A stretch of DNA of 64,000 nt from Acidobacteriota bacterium (lineage in GTDB: Bacteria; Acidobacteriota; UBA6911), in contig OY761556.1 of the NCBI GenBank assembly GCA_963664705.1, positions 512,001 to 576,000 on the forward strand. The letters run 5' to 3'. The translations under genes and the position numbers were made by a program. This document shows, piece after piece, positions 42,093-51,552 of this stretch; the stretch's first letter is position 1; each line of letters starts with the position of its first letter. The notes under the pieces were generated by a model. The model was not told the origin of the DNA. It did no database searches and saw only the letters and a list, made by a program, of their open reading frames with translations.

Positions 42093-42647
42093 ATGCTCAA
42101 TACAGCCGAGAAATCCGCTCTTTTGGAGTTAGCACGAAAGACGCTGGAAAGCTATCTCCGCAAAGGAACCCCTGCGCCCTGCATGCCGGATATCGATTCG
42201 CTGGGAGAGAAAAAAGGGGCATTCGTGTCCCTGCATCGCGGGGATGCGCTCCGAGGCTGCATCGGGCAACTGATTCCTGATCATAAACTTACGGATGTCG
42301 TACGGCACTGCGTGATCAGTGCTGCCGCGGAAGACACGCGCTTTGATCCGGTCTCGATCGAGGAGCTGCCGGAGTTGTCTATCGAAATTTCGGTCTTGAG
42401 CCCTTTCTACCGCATCCGGACCATTGAGGAAATTGAGGTCGGAAGACACGGACTTTACATGGTCAAGGGGTATCGTCGAGGGCTTTTGCTGCCTCAGGTG
42501 GCTTCCGAGTATGGCTGGGATCGCATAACCTTCCTGAAGCAGACCTGCCGGAAATCCGGCCTGCCGGAATCATCGTGGCAGGATCCGGAGACCGAAATAT
42601 ATATCTTTGAAGCAGAGGTTTTCTCAGAACAAGCCTCCCCTATTTAG
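42093..42647 (+). CDS. amrA: AmmeMemoRadiSam system protein A (AMMECR1 domain)
   Basis: GAFVSL..LRGCIG, DTRF, EISVLS, GRHGL, GLLLPQVA. Confidence 0.93.
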   Translation: MLNTAEKSALLELARKTLESYLRKGTPAPCMPDIDSLGEKKGAFVSLHRGDALRGCIGQLIPDHKLTDVVRHCVISAAAEDTRFDPVSIEELPELSIEISVLSPFYRIRTIEEIEVGRHGLYMVKGYRRGLLLPQVASEYGWDRITFLKQTCRKSGLPESSWQDPETEIYIFEAEVFSEQASPI

Positions 42648-42748
42648 TTGTCCACGCATGATTTCCAGATAAATGGCGTCAGTCTGAAGCCAGGTCTTCG
42701 GGCTTCCGGGCCATGGTCTCCGAGGGGACTTCGTGTTATTGTAAATAC

Positions 42749-43882
42749 ATGAAGCTGAGTGGGTTTAGCCTTTTCCGGATAGGTGGCATCGAGATCATTG
42801 TCGATTACTCGTGGCTGGTAGTTTTTTTTCTGATCAGCTACACCATGGCGGAAAGCTACCTGCCGCAAACGAATCACAATTACTCCACGCAACAATACTG
42901 GATGATGGGAATAGCGACCTCCTCGCTCTTTTTTCTATCAATTCTGTTGCATGAACTGGCCCATTCATTCGTGGCTGTTAAAAACGGCATCAGGGTTATC
43001 AGCGTCCGGCTGCTGATCTTCGGAGGCCTTTGGCAGGCTGATTCAGAGCCGCAGAACGGGAGGCAGGAGTTTTTAATTGCCCTTGTCGGTCCCGCGATAA
43101 GCATGATGCTGGGCATATTGTCCCTGGGAGTCTTCAGCTTTTTTGAATATAGCCATTTGACTTCGCCTGCATCGGGGATTGCTTACGGACTCGGAGTTGC
43201 AAATGTATTCCTTGCCCTGCTCAACCTGATTCCCGGGTTTCCGCTTGATGGAGGAAGGATACTCAGGGCGTTCCTCTGGGATCACTGGAATGATGTGGCA
43301 CGCGCCACCAAGGTTGTCAGCCAGATTGGGAACGGGTTTGCGGTATTTCTGATCATTTTTGGCATACTGCAATTTCTGGTAACCCAGAGTCTGGTATCGG
43401 GGCTCTGGATCATTTTCATCGGTCTCTTCATGAAGCAATCGGCCGTGGGGAGTTACCAGGGAATCATGCTGAAACGGGCGCTGTCGGGCGTGCAGGTGCG
43501 GCAGATCATGACAGAGAGAATTATCAGCGTCGATTGGCTCCTTCCGATCCAGGAACTTGTCGAAAATTACATCTACAAGCACCAGTTCACCCATTTCCCC
43601 GTTTTTAACCGCGCCGAATTTATCGGAATGGTATCTCTGGATGGCGTCAAAACCCTTTCCAGAGAACTGTGGGGGTTCAAACAGGTTCGTGACATCATGA
43701 CGCCTGTTGAATTTGTCCCCTGTTTAAACCCGACCGATGACGTGAGCGAAGCCCTTTCGAAGATGGTTTCGGACGACATCGGCCGGATGCCCGTCGTGGA
43801 AGATGGCCAGTTGTTGGGCATCGTTTCCCGTCGTGACATCATGAACTTTTTCAAGATCAAGTCTGATCTGGGCGTAGCGTAA
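42749..43882 (+). CDS. Site-2 protease (M50) with tandem CBS domains
   Basis: HELAH, NLIPGFPLDGGR, two CBS repeats. Confidence 0.92.
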   Translation: MKLSGFSLFRIGGIEIIVDYSWLVVFFLISYTMAESYLPQTNHNYSTQQYWMMGIATSSLFFLSILLHELAHSFVAVKNGIRVISVRLLIFGGLWQADSEPQNGRQEFLIALVGPAISMMLGILSLGVFSFFEYSHLTSPASGIAYGLGVANVFLALLNLIPGFPLDGGRILRAFLWDHWNDVARATKVVSQIGNGFAVFLIIFGILQFLVTQSLVSGLWIIFIGLFMKQSAVGSYQGIMLKRALSGVQVRQIMTERIISVDWLLPIQELVENYIYKHQFTHFPVFNRAEFIGMVSLDGVKTLSRELWGFKQVRDIMTPVEFVPCLNPTDDVSEALSKMVSDDIGRMPVVEDGQLLGIVSRRDIMNFFKIKSDLGVA

Positions 43883-43942
43883 ATCAGGGTCTCACCTCAA
43901 TGGTGCGGAAACATTCCGTACCGACTTTCCGAAGGAGGCACC

Positions 43943-44800
43943 ATGATCCGCTCAATATTGCTTGTTTTAGGCGAATCGCCTTACGATACCAGTGCAAAAA
44001 ACTTTGCTTTCTGGCTTGCCAGAAAGGAAGGCAGCCAGATTCAAGCACTCTCCATTATCGACATCACCTCTTTCGAGGTTCCTGTCATCGGTACCCCCGA
44101 TGGGTTCATGCCTTCGGCGGTCATTCCGCCGCTGAAGGAAAACCGCCACGTATTGACCGAATTGACCGCGGTAGGCAATGAGCGGTTGAGCCGTTTTTCG
44201 ACGCAGTGTGCCGACAGAGGGATCCCTTGTTTTACCGAATTAAGGACAGGTATTCCCGGCGATATCATTCACCGGGCATCCATTGCTCACGATATTGTGG
44301 TGCTTTCCCGCAGTGGGTATAGCCGCGTGGATGCTGGGGGCGAGAAAATGGATGGATTTGTCGCCCCGGCCATTCGCGCTTCGGTTCGGCCTGTTCTGGT
44401 GGCCGGGGCTGAATTCCACGAGGATAGCGAAATTCGCAACGTTCTTGTCGCCTATGACGGCAGCCGGCATGCCGCGCGCGCATTGCCGTTGGCTGCGGAT
44501 CTGGCTGCGCGTCCCGGTGTTTCATGCACCTTGTTTGTGGTAGCCCATGCTGAAGAGGTGGGACAGGAAGTGCTGGAGCCCGCCGAGGCATATTTGTGCC
44601 ATCGTGGAATCGCTCCGGGAAAGCAGGTCCGCGTCAGTTCGAAATCCTCGGATGTAATCTGTGAGATGGTAAAAACAGGCGGTGTGGATTTGCTCATTAT
44701 GGGAGCCTATGGGCACAGTCCCATCCGCGAAGTGCTGTTTGGAAGCACGACGGAGCATATCCTGGCGAATTGCAGGGCCAACGTGATCCTGCAATCGTGA
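43943..44800 (+). CDS. Universal stress protein (tandem USP domains)
   Basis: VAYDGS, DLLIMGAYGHSPIREVLFGSTT; GGAGG SD. Confidence 0.92.
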   Translation: MIRSILLVLGESPYDTSAKNFAFWLARKEGSQIQALSIIDITSFEVPVIGTPDGFMPSAVIPPLKENRHVLTELTAVGNERLSRFSTQCADRGIPCFTELRTGIPGDIIHRASIAHDIVVLSRSGYSRVDAGGEKMDGFVAPAIRASVRPVLVAGAEFHEDSEIRNVLVAYDGSRHAARALPLAADLAARPGVSCTLFVVAHAEEVGQEVLEPAEAYLCHRGIAPGKQVRVSSKSSDVICEMVKTGGVDLLIMGAYGHSPIREVLFGSTTEHILANCRANVILQS

Positions 44801-44812
44801 TGAGGCGGCTCT

Positions 44813-45118
44813 TTATTGCCTCCTGGGGCGCACAGAACTTGTGAGAAACTCCAGCAGGGGACGCATGGATGCAGGCATAGCTTCTTCGCCTGCTTCAATG
44901 GTGCGCGTAAGAGTCTCGGTTTCTACCGTGACCTTGTAGCTGTAGCGGTCGGCTTGTCCGGTTCCAGCTTCCTGGTTCAGTGGCAGGTCGAAAAATCCAG
45001 AGCTTTTTATGAGCTGCTCCAGCCGTCGCGCCTTGGACAGGGGAAGGGTGGAGGAGTCGAGGGATCCTTTGAGCTTCATTCCGGAATACCCTCCGCTCCG
45101 CTCAATAGAAATTTTCAT
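44813..45118 (-). CDS. Emfourin (protealysin/M4 protease inhibitor) family protein
   Basis: MKISIERSGGYSG, FFDLP, ADRYSYKVTVE, P..RPLLEFL. Confidence 0.82.
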   Translation of the reverse strand: MKISIERSGGYSGMKLKGSLDSSTLPLSKARRLEQLIKSSGFFDLPLNQEAGTGQADRYSYKVTVETETLTRTIEAGEEAMPASMRPLLEFLTSSVRPRRQ

Positions 45119-45273
45119 ATCCAAATCTTACTACGTTCTGAGATTTGGTGAAATAAAACCGTCTCCGGCGAAACATAAGGGACAAGAAGTCAGTTACCGG
45201 CGGCGGCCGCACACAACCCCCTCCCAACAGACTCAACAACCACGCCGCCGGGTTTTCTCCCTGCACTCCTTAT

Positions 45274-45927
45274 TCATTTCCGAGAACGACAGCGTTTCAT
45301 GCCGTGCAATCCCACTTTCGCTTCCGGGCCATATCCATACTTGGCCAATTCCTTTGCCAGCCTTTTGCGCCCGCGATGAATGTGGTTAATGACATTCTGG
45401 TAACGTTCCGGATGGAAAAATTCGGCAATTTCCCCCGAGTCGAAGCCTGCGATCAACATTTTTATCGCTTTGCGCTGAGATAGGGGCAACTGCTCAAGAG
45501 ACTTTTCCACCAGTCTGTCCAATTCCGCATGGAATAGCCCCGACTCTGGAGAAGTGTCCAGGGAGACTTCACGAATGGATTGCTGCATGGATGCATCCTG
45601 TTCGCTGAAATAGGTAAAGCGCTGGGCTCTCCGGTAATAGTTGCCGACCTTTTTTCTCAATATTCCCAGGCTCCAGACGAGCAGTCCCTTTTCCAGTTCG
45701 GCCGGGTATTTGGTAATGAGTGTCAGGAGCGTGTCTTGCACAAGATCTTCGGCATCGGTCGGATTTAGGACACGAGTGGTGGTCAGGCGCTGCAGCACTC
45801 TGCGAATGGCGGCAAGCTCCTCATCCACACATTCGGGTTTTTCGGCTTCGGTTGCGTATTGTTCGGGGCAAGAACTTTCTGCAATAACAAAACTGTGCTC
45901 AAACGGCTGATAGGCAGGATTGTACAC
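45274..45927 (-). CDS. Atypical ECF-type sigma factor
   Basis: DAEDLVQDTL, WSLGILRKKVGNYYR, LEQLP..QR, region 4 EIA...HRGRKRL. Confidence 0.78.
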   Translation of the reverse strand: MYNPAYQPFEHSFVIAESSCPEQYATEAEKPECVDEELAAIRRVLQRLTTTRVLNPTDAEDLVQDTLLTLITKYPAELEKGLLVWSLGILRKKVGNYYRRAQRFTYFSEQDASMQQSIREVSLDTSPESGLFHAELDRLVEKSLEQLPLSQRKAIKMLIAGFDSGEIAEFFHPERYQNVINHIHRGRKRLAKELAKYGYGPEAKVGLHGMKRCRSRK

Positions 45928-45996
45928 GGGGGGTGGCCCTCCAATTCAAACGGTTAAAGGATGTTTGAATTCGAGGGAACTGCTGGGGCAATTAGG

Positions 45997-46025
45997 AAAG
46001 TAAGTCTCCGTGGACGGCCTGTCAA
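45997..46025 (-). promoter_or_regulatory. Candidate sigma70 promoter for the ECF gene
   Basis: TTGACA-17 nt-TACTTT on the minus strand. Confidence 0.55.
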
Positions 46026-46044
46026 GACTAAAAAGAAAGTTGCT

Positions 46045-47040
46045 TTACTTTTTGGGCCGCGGCGAAGCTTTCAGTTCATCGGGAGCGTAGTATCCCGGCC
46101 GTGACGAAACGACAGCTCCCGGCGTATCTACCCTGACATCGATCTTGCGGTAGGATCCGTCTTTTATCTCGTTTGTCGAGATATAACCGATGGTGTACTG
46201 GTTGCGTAATTCCTCGTCGACTTCAGCATAGACGTTGTTCAACTGGCCGAAGTTATTGGGGTACAGTACCCGGCCGCCGGTCTGGTATGCGATCTGCCTC
46301 AATGCGGCATCCGCCTCCAGAAATTCCCGCTGCGGTATGTTGGTGTATTCCGATTCCAGCATGGTCTTCACGGCCTGTGTTTTGCTGACCACGTAGATGG
46401 CTGCCTCGGAGTGCACGGCCGCATCCACGGCTTCTTTGAACGAGACGTAGCTCTCATTATCGAGCCCGTCACTCATGATGATCATGGCCTTTTTCTGCTT
46501 TATGCCCTTGAATACATCGTCGCACACAACATAGATGGCGTCCCACAGCTTTGTGTTATCTTTGCAGTAAATCGAGGATAGAACGTTATCAACGCGGTCT
46601 GTCTTGCGGCCCCAATCCATTTTCAGGCGGATTTCCGAGTTAAAGCTTACAACCGCAAACTCATCATCCGGCTTCAGGTTTTCCACGAATTTCTTGGTAG
46701 CATATTTGATCGTGCCCCATTCCGTGCGGACGCTGGCGCTGTTGTCCAGCACGATGGCGATGCGGGCCGGCAGTCCTTCCTGGGTAAAGAAGGCTACCTC
46801 CTGAGGCTCTCCATCCTCATAGATGTGGAATGCGCTTTTGGGGAGCGACTTGACAAAGCCACCTTCCGGCTTCCGAACCGTGATCGGGACGGTCACCATG
46901 TTGACCTCAACCCCGATTTTGAAGGCATCCTGGCCTTCCGTGGATGTGCCGGCCTGCTTGGGCTGCTGCCCCCACAGGACGGCAGCAGTGCAGGCGCAAA
47001 TAATGAATAAGGCGGTTGTATACAGTCGCACTCTTTGCAT
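46045..47040 (-). CDS. Exported VWA-domain protein, acidobacterial VWFA-related type
   Basis: Signal peptide; VNMVTVPITV, FHIYEDGEPQ, LDNSAS, SDGLD, TGGR, ELRNQYTIGY, RPGYYA. Confidence 0.9.
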   Translation of the reverse strand: MQRVRLYTTALFIICACTAAVLWGQQPKQAGTSTEGQDAFKIGVEVNMVTVPITVRKPEGGFVKSLPKSAFHIYEDGEPQEVAFFTQEGLPARIAIVLDNSASVRTEWGTIKYATKKFVENLKPDDEFAVVSFNSEIRLKMDWGRKTDRVDNVLSSIYCKDNTKLWDAIYVVCDDVFKGIKQKKAMIIMSDGLDNESYVSFKEAVDAAVHSEAAIYVVSKTQAVKTMLESEYTNIPQREFLEADAALRQIAYQTGGRVLYPNNFGQLNNVYAEVDEELRNQYTIGYISTNEIKDGSYRKIDVRVDTPGAVVSSRPGYYAPDELKASPRPKK

Positions 47041-47051
47041 GGGATGGCCAG

Positions 47052-48488
47052 TTATGATGATAACGATTTGGACAGATTTACGTTTTCGAGCGCTGCCGGG
47101 AGCTTCTCGTAAATGCCGCCAAATCCTCCATTGGACATGATGATGATTAAGTCGCCCTCACGAATTTCTTCACATACCTTCCGGATTATACCTTCCACAT
47201 TTCCCTGATTCCAGGCAGCGCGGCCCATCCGGAGAAGGTCTTCAATCAGTTGATTTTCGTCCAGACGTTCACCGCTTGGCACCTTTTCCGGTTTGAATAG
47301 TTCTGGCATCGCTATGCAATCGGCAAAGCTCAAGGCTTCGGCGATTTCATGCTGGAAGATATTGCGCCGGCTGGTGGCTGAACGCGGTTCATAGATGGCC
47401 CAGATTCGTCCGGGATGGAACAGTTTCCTGATGGTCTGAAGCGTTTCGCGCACGGCCGTTGGATGATGCGCAAAGTCTTCATAAACCCGAATGCCCTTCA
47501 CCGTGGCCCGAAGCTGGAGCCGCCGGCGCACACCGATAAAGGATTCCATGGCCTCGCGGATCTCGTTTGGCGTCATCCCCGCCTGATTCAGGATTGCTGT
47601 TGTTGCCAGCGCGTTTCGGACATTGTATTCACCCAGAACATTCATCCGGAATCGCTGGAACAGCTTTTTTCGATAAAGAACGTCAAAGCAATAGCGGTCG
47701 CCGCTCAACTCAAAGCGGCTCGCACTCCAGTCAAAATCCGGATCCAGTCCGAACGTTTCCTTCCCGCAGAAGCAGCTGCTGCTGACTTCCACGGCTCCAG
47801 GGCTTTCGCCGCCGACAACCAGGAATCCCTGTTGGGGAATCAGGTTTACAAAACGACGAAACTGCAACTTAATGGCTTCAAGATTCGGATAGATGTCCGC
47901 GTGATCGAATTCCACATTCCCAATTACGGCAAAATAGGGCAGATAGTGCAAAAATTTTGGTCCTTTGTCGAAAAAGGCGGAGTCGTATTCGTCCCCCTCG
48001 ACGACACAGTATTGCCCTCCTTCCAATCCGTAACTGGAGCGGAAATTCTCGGCTATTCCTCCGATCAGAAAGTTTGGCGACCTGCCTCCTGCATGAAGTC
48101 CCCACGCAATCATCGACGTTGTGGTCGTTTTGCCATGCGTGCCGGTGACGACGACGGGGGTCTTGTCTCGCAGGAAGAAATTCTGCAGCGTTTCAGGAAA
48201 GGAGGCATAGGGGAGCCTGGAATTCAGTACCTGCTCAATTTCCGGATTGCCGCGTGACAGCGCATTTCCGATGACCACCAGATCCGGTTCCGGCTGCAGG
48301 TTCTTTGCAGCAAAACCCTGGGTCACGGGGATGCCTCTTTGGGCGAGGAAGTCGCTCATCGGAGGATATACTCCTTCATCCGAGCCAGACACCTCATAAC
48401 CGCTTTCCTTCAGCATGGCAGCGAGAGAAGCCATGCCGGTTCCACATATTCCGACCAGGTGAATCCTGTGAATCGTATTCGTCTGCAT
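47052..48488 (-). CDS. mpl: Murein peptide ligase Mpl
   Basis: GICGTGM, GNALSRGNPE, GTHGKTTT, EGDEYDSAFFDK, EFDHAD, DFAHHPTA, EPRS, MSNGGFGG. Confidence 0.93.
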   Translation of the reverse strand: MQTNTIHRIHLVGICGTGMASLAAMLKESGYEVSGSDEGVYPPMSDFLAQRGIPVTQGFAAKNLQPEPDLVVIGNALSRGNPEIEQVLNSRLPYASFPETLQNFFLRDKTPVVVTGTHGKTTTTSMIAWGLHAGGRSPNFLIGGIAENFRSSYGLEGGQYCVVEGDEYDSAFFDKGPKFLHYLPYFAVIGNVEFDHADIYPNLEAIKLQFRRFVNLIPQQGFLVVGGESPGAVEVSSSCFCGKETFGLDPDFDWSASRFELSGDRYCFDVLYRKKLFQRFRMNVLGEYNVRNALATTAILNQAGMTPNEIREAMESFIGVRRRLQLRATVKGIRVYEDFAHHPTAVRETLQTIRKLFHPGRIWAIYEPRSATSRRNIFQHEIAEALSFADCIAMPELFKPEKVPSGERLDENQLIEDLLRMGRAAWNQGNVEGIIRKVCEEIREGDLIIIMSNGGFGGIYEKLPAALENVNLSKSLSS

Positions 48489-48595
48489 AGCGCAAAACTC
48501 TACCAGAATCATGAGTACAGACCAAGATAATCGCCCAGTCGGCTGTTTGACTGAACCCAGCGCATAAGCTAAGGTTAGATTAACGGGTGTATCAA

Positions 48596-50080
48596 ATGGA
48601 TCAATTTCCTCAAAAACTTGCCGAACTGAAAAAAAGTTCTTTCCACCAGGCACACAAGAATTTGCGCAGCGTCAAAGCAGAGATGCGGGAAAATCTCATC
48701 GCGGCACTCCAGAAAGGGGAACCGCTATTCCCTGGGGTTGTCGGATATGACGATTCCGTGATTCCGCAGATCGTGAATGCCATTCTCAGCAAGCACAACA
48801 TGATTCTGTTAGGGCTGCGCGGACAGGCGAAGAGCCGTATTTTGCGCTCCCTGGTGCGTTTTCTTGATGAGTGGATGCCGGTCGTCGCGGGGTGCGAAAT
48901 CCATGATTCGCCCTATTCCCCCATTTGCCGTCGATGCCGCAGTATGGTGCCGGAGTTTGGAGATGAATTGCCGATTGAATTCATTCACCGCGAGGACCGG
49001 TATTTTGAAAAGCTCGCCACACCGGATGTAACCATCGCCGATATCATTGGAGATCTGGATCCTATTCGAGCTGCGCGGGCGGGATTGAATCTGTCCGATG
49101 AACTCACCATTCACTATGGTTTACTTCCGCGTGCGAACCGAGGAATATTTGCGCTGAATGAACTGCCGGATCTCGCGGGCAAAATCCAGGTCGGCCTTTT
49201 TGACATCCTTCAGGAAGGAGATGTCCAGATCAAGGGATATGCTGTCCGTCTCCGGTTGGACGTCGCCATGGTTTTTTCCGCAAATCCTGAGGATTACACT
49301 GCCCGCGGTAAGATCATCACTCCCCTGAAAGACCGGATTGGTTCGGAAATCCGGACCCATTATCCTGCTACCGTTGATGAGGGCATGGCCATCACCCGGC
49401 AGGAATCATGGATCGACAGAACCCCGGGTTTCCTGCTCAGCATTCCGGGATTCATCGCTGAAATCGTCGAGAGCGTCGCATTCACCGCCCGGAAGGATCC
49501 GCGTATCGACAAGCGCAGCGGGGTCAGTCAGAGACTATCGATTACCTGTCTTGAGAATGCAGTATCCAATGCGGAGCGACGCGGTTGCATGCACCGGGAG
49601 AAGACGATCGTTCCGCGCATCGGAGATATCTATGCCGCCCTTCCATCCCTGACCGGCAAATTTGAACTGGAATACGAGGGCGAATTGCGGGGTGCCGACA
49701 ATGTGGCGCGAGACCTCATTCGAACGGCAGTTGGCGAATGCTTCAATCGACTTGCGGATGGAAAAGATTACCAGCGGATCATTGACTGGTTCGAATTGGG
49801 CGGGACATTGAAGTTATCCATGGATGCTTCTACCGCGGACTGCATGGAACAATTCCGCGGCATCCAGGGATTGCTCGAGGGCGCAGACGAAATCCTTGGA
49901 CCGGGATCGCATTCTGCAGGGCATCGTGCGGCCGCCTCCGAGTTCATTCTTGAAGGGCTGTACGCCAAGAAGAAAATCAATCGGGACGAGGAGAGAGTAT
50001 TTCAGGCCGCGCAGAAATCTCAGCGAGAAGCCTATTTTGAGAATCCGGGCGAAGCCCGTAAAAGCAAGAAGTGGAATTGA
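48596..50080 (+). CDS. ChlI/MoxR-like AAA+ ATPase (usually annotated 'magnesium chelatase')
   Basis: GLRGQAKS Walker A, EKLATPD, FALNELPDL, SANPEDYT.RG.IITPLKDR. Confidence 0.88.
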   Translation: MDQFPQKLAELKKSSFHQAHKNLRSVKAEMRENLIAALQKGEPLFPGVVGYDDSVIPQIVNAILSKHNMILLGLRGQAKSRILRSLVRFLDEWMPVVAGCEIHDSPYSPICRRCRSMVPEFGDELPIEFIHREDRYFEKLATPDVTIADIIGDLDPIRAARAGLNLSDELTIHYGLLPRANRGIFALNELPDLAGKIQVGLFDILQEGDVQIKGYAVRLRLDVAMVFSANPEDYTARGKIITPLKDRIGSEIRTHYPATVDEGMAITRQESWIDRTPGFLLSIPGFIAEIVESVAFTARKDPRIDKRSGVSQRLSITCLENAVSNAERRGCMHREKTIVPRIGDIYAALPSLTGKFELEYEGELRGADNVARDLIRTAVGECFNRLADGKDYQRIIDWFELGGTLKLSMDASTADCMEQFRGIQGLLEGADEILGPGSHSAGHRAAASEFILEGLYAKKKINRDEERVFQAAQKSQREAYFENPGEARKSKKWN

Positions 50081-50134
50081 AACTGATTGTGATGAATGAC
50101 GGAAGCAATCAGGGAAGACGGTTCGAGATCGTTT

Positions 50135-51367
50135 ATGAAATCGGTGAACTACTCGAAATATGACGGCGAAGATTGGGATTCATTGAGCCTTGAAGAACTG
50201 CTCAATAAGTTGTCCGATTTTTTGCTGCAGTCCGGATTCGGCAATCCATACTTCGACGATCCCGCAAATAGCGACCGTGACCTTCGAGCCCTGCACGAAG
50301 CTATTTTGGATGCGCTCTTGCGGCATGCCCTGATGCCTGAGGATATGCTGCAGCAAATCGAGAAGGGGGAGGGATCGGTTGAGGAAGTTTCACGGCTTAT
50401 TCAACACATCGTGCAGAGGCTCGAGAAGGAAGGCTATATACAGTTTCGGCAGGGCAAGCCTGTCACCGAAAAGGGCGGGCGGGCACAGTTACAGGAAGGG
50501 CAGGTCCGCTTCGAATTAACGGATAAGGCTCTCGATTTCCTGGGGTACCGGACCCTGAAAAACCTTCTGGGTTCACTGGGGAAATCGAGCTTTGGCCGAC
50601 ACGATACGCGGGATCTGGCTACAGGCGTAGAGACCAGCGGTTCCACAAAATCATACGAATTTGGCGATACGCTGAATCTTGATCCCAGTGGCACCATTAT
50701 GAACTCCGTCCGGCGGCGCGGACTGCAGATGCCGCTTGATTTTGCCTACTCCGATCTGGAAATCCACCAGAGCGAATACCAGTCTTCCTGCGCGACCGTT
50801 CTTATGCTCGATTGCAGTCACAGCATGATTCTGTATGGGGAGGACCGGTTTACGCCGGCCAAGAAGGTTGCGCTGGCGCTCGCGCATCTTATCCGGACCC
50901 AATACCCCGGGGACACCTTGCGAGTGGTTTTGTTTCATGATTCGGCCGAGGAGATTCCGTTGAGCCAGCTTGCCAGGGTACAGGTGGGGCCGTTTTACAC
51001 GAATACCCGCGAAGGACTTAAACTGGCTCAGCGCCTGCTCGCGCGCGAAAATAAGGATATGCGCCAGATCATCATGATCACTGACGGCAAGCCTTCCGCA
51101 GTTACTGAACCGGATGGGACCATCTATCGCAACGCGTTTGGATTGGATCCCTATGTCGTGGGGCTTACATTCAAAGAAGTGAGCCAATGCCGCAGAGCCA
51201 ATATTCTCATCAATACTTTCATGCTGGCGCGAGACAGCGATCTGGTCGAGTTTGTCCGCAAGGTGACCGAGATCTGCAGGGGCAAGGCCTATTTTACCAC
51301 TCCACGATCGCTGGGGCAGTACATCCTCATGGACTACATGCGCAAAAAGGTCCAGCGGGTTCATTGA
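50135..51367 (+). CDS. VWA-domain protein, partner of the AAA+ ATPase
   Basis: MIDAS DCSHS, YTNT, MITDGKP, INTFML. Confidence 0.9.
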   Translation: MKSVNYSKYDGEDWDSLSLEELLNKLSDFLLQSGFGNPYFDDPANSDRDLRALHEAILDALLRHALMPEDMLQQIEKGEGSVEEVSRLIQHIVQRLEKEGYIQFRQGKPVTEKGGRAQLQEGQVRFELTDKALDFLGYRTLKNLLGSLGKSSFGRHDTRDLATGVETSGSTKSYEFGDTLNLDPSGTIMNSVRRRGLQMPLDFAYSDLEIHQSEYQSSCATVLMLDCSHSMILYGEDRFTPAKKVALALAHLIRTQYPGDTLRVVLFHDSAEEIPLSQLARVQVGPFYTNTREGLKLAQRLLARENKDMRQIIMITDGKPSAVTEPDGTIYRNAFGLDPYVVGLTFKEVSQCRRANILINTFMLARDSDLVEFVRKVTEICRGKAYFTTPRSLGQYILMDYMRKKVQRVH

Positions 51368-51552
51368 TTCCGGCAGCGGCCAAGCCTATTGGAAAAGGAC
51401 CGAAGCTGCGCGGGTGCGGTTTTTCCAAGGCATCTTTGTCCCGCCTGATCAGTGATTTTTCCGCACGTCAGACAAATTGAAATTGTACTGTCTTCTCAAG
51501 GAGGTTCTTCTTGAATTTGTGCGACAGCTACTTATACAATGCCGCCTATTCT

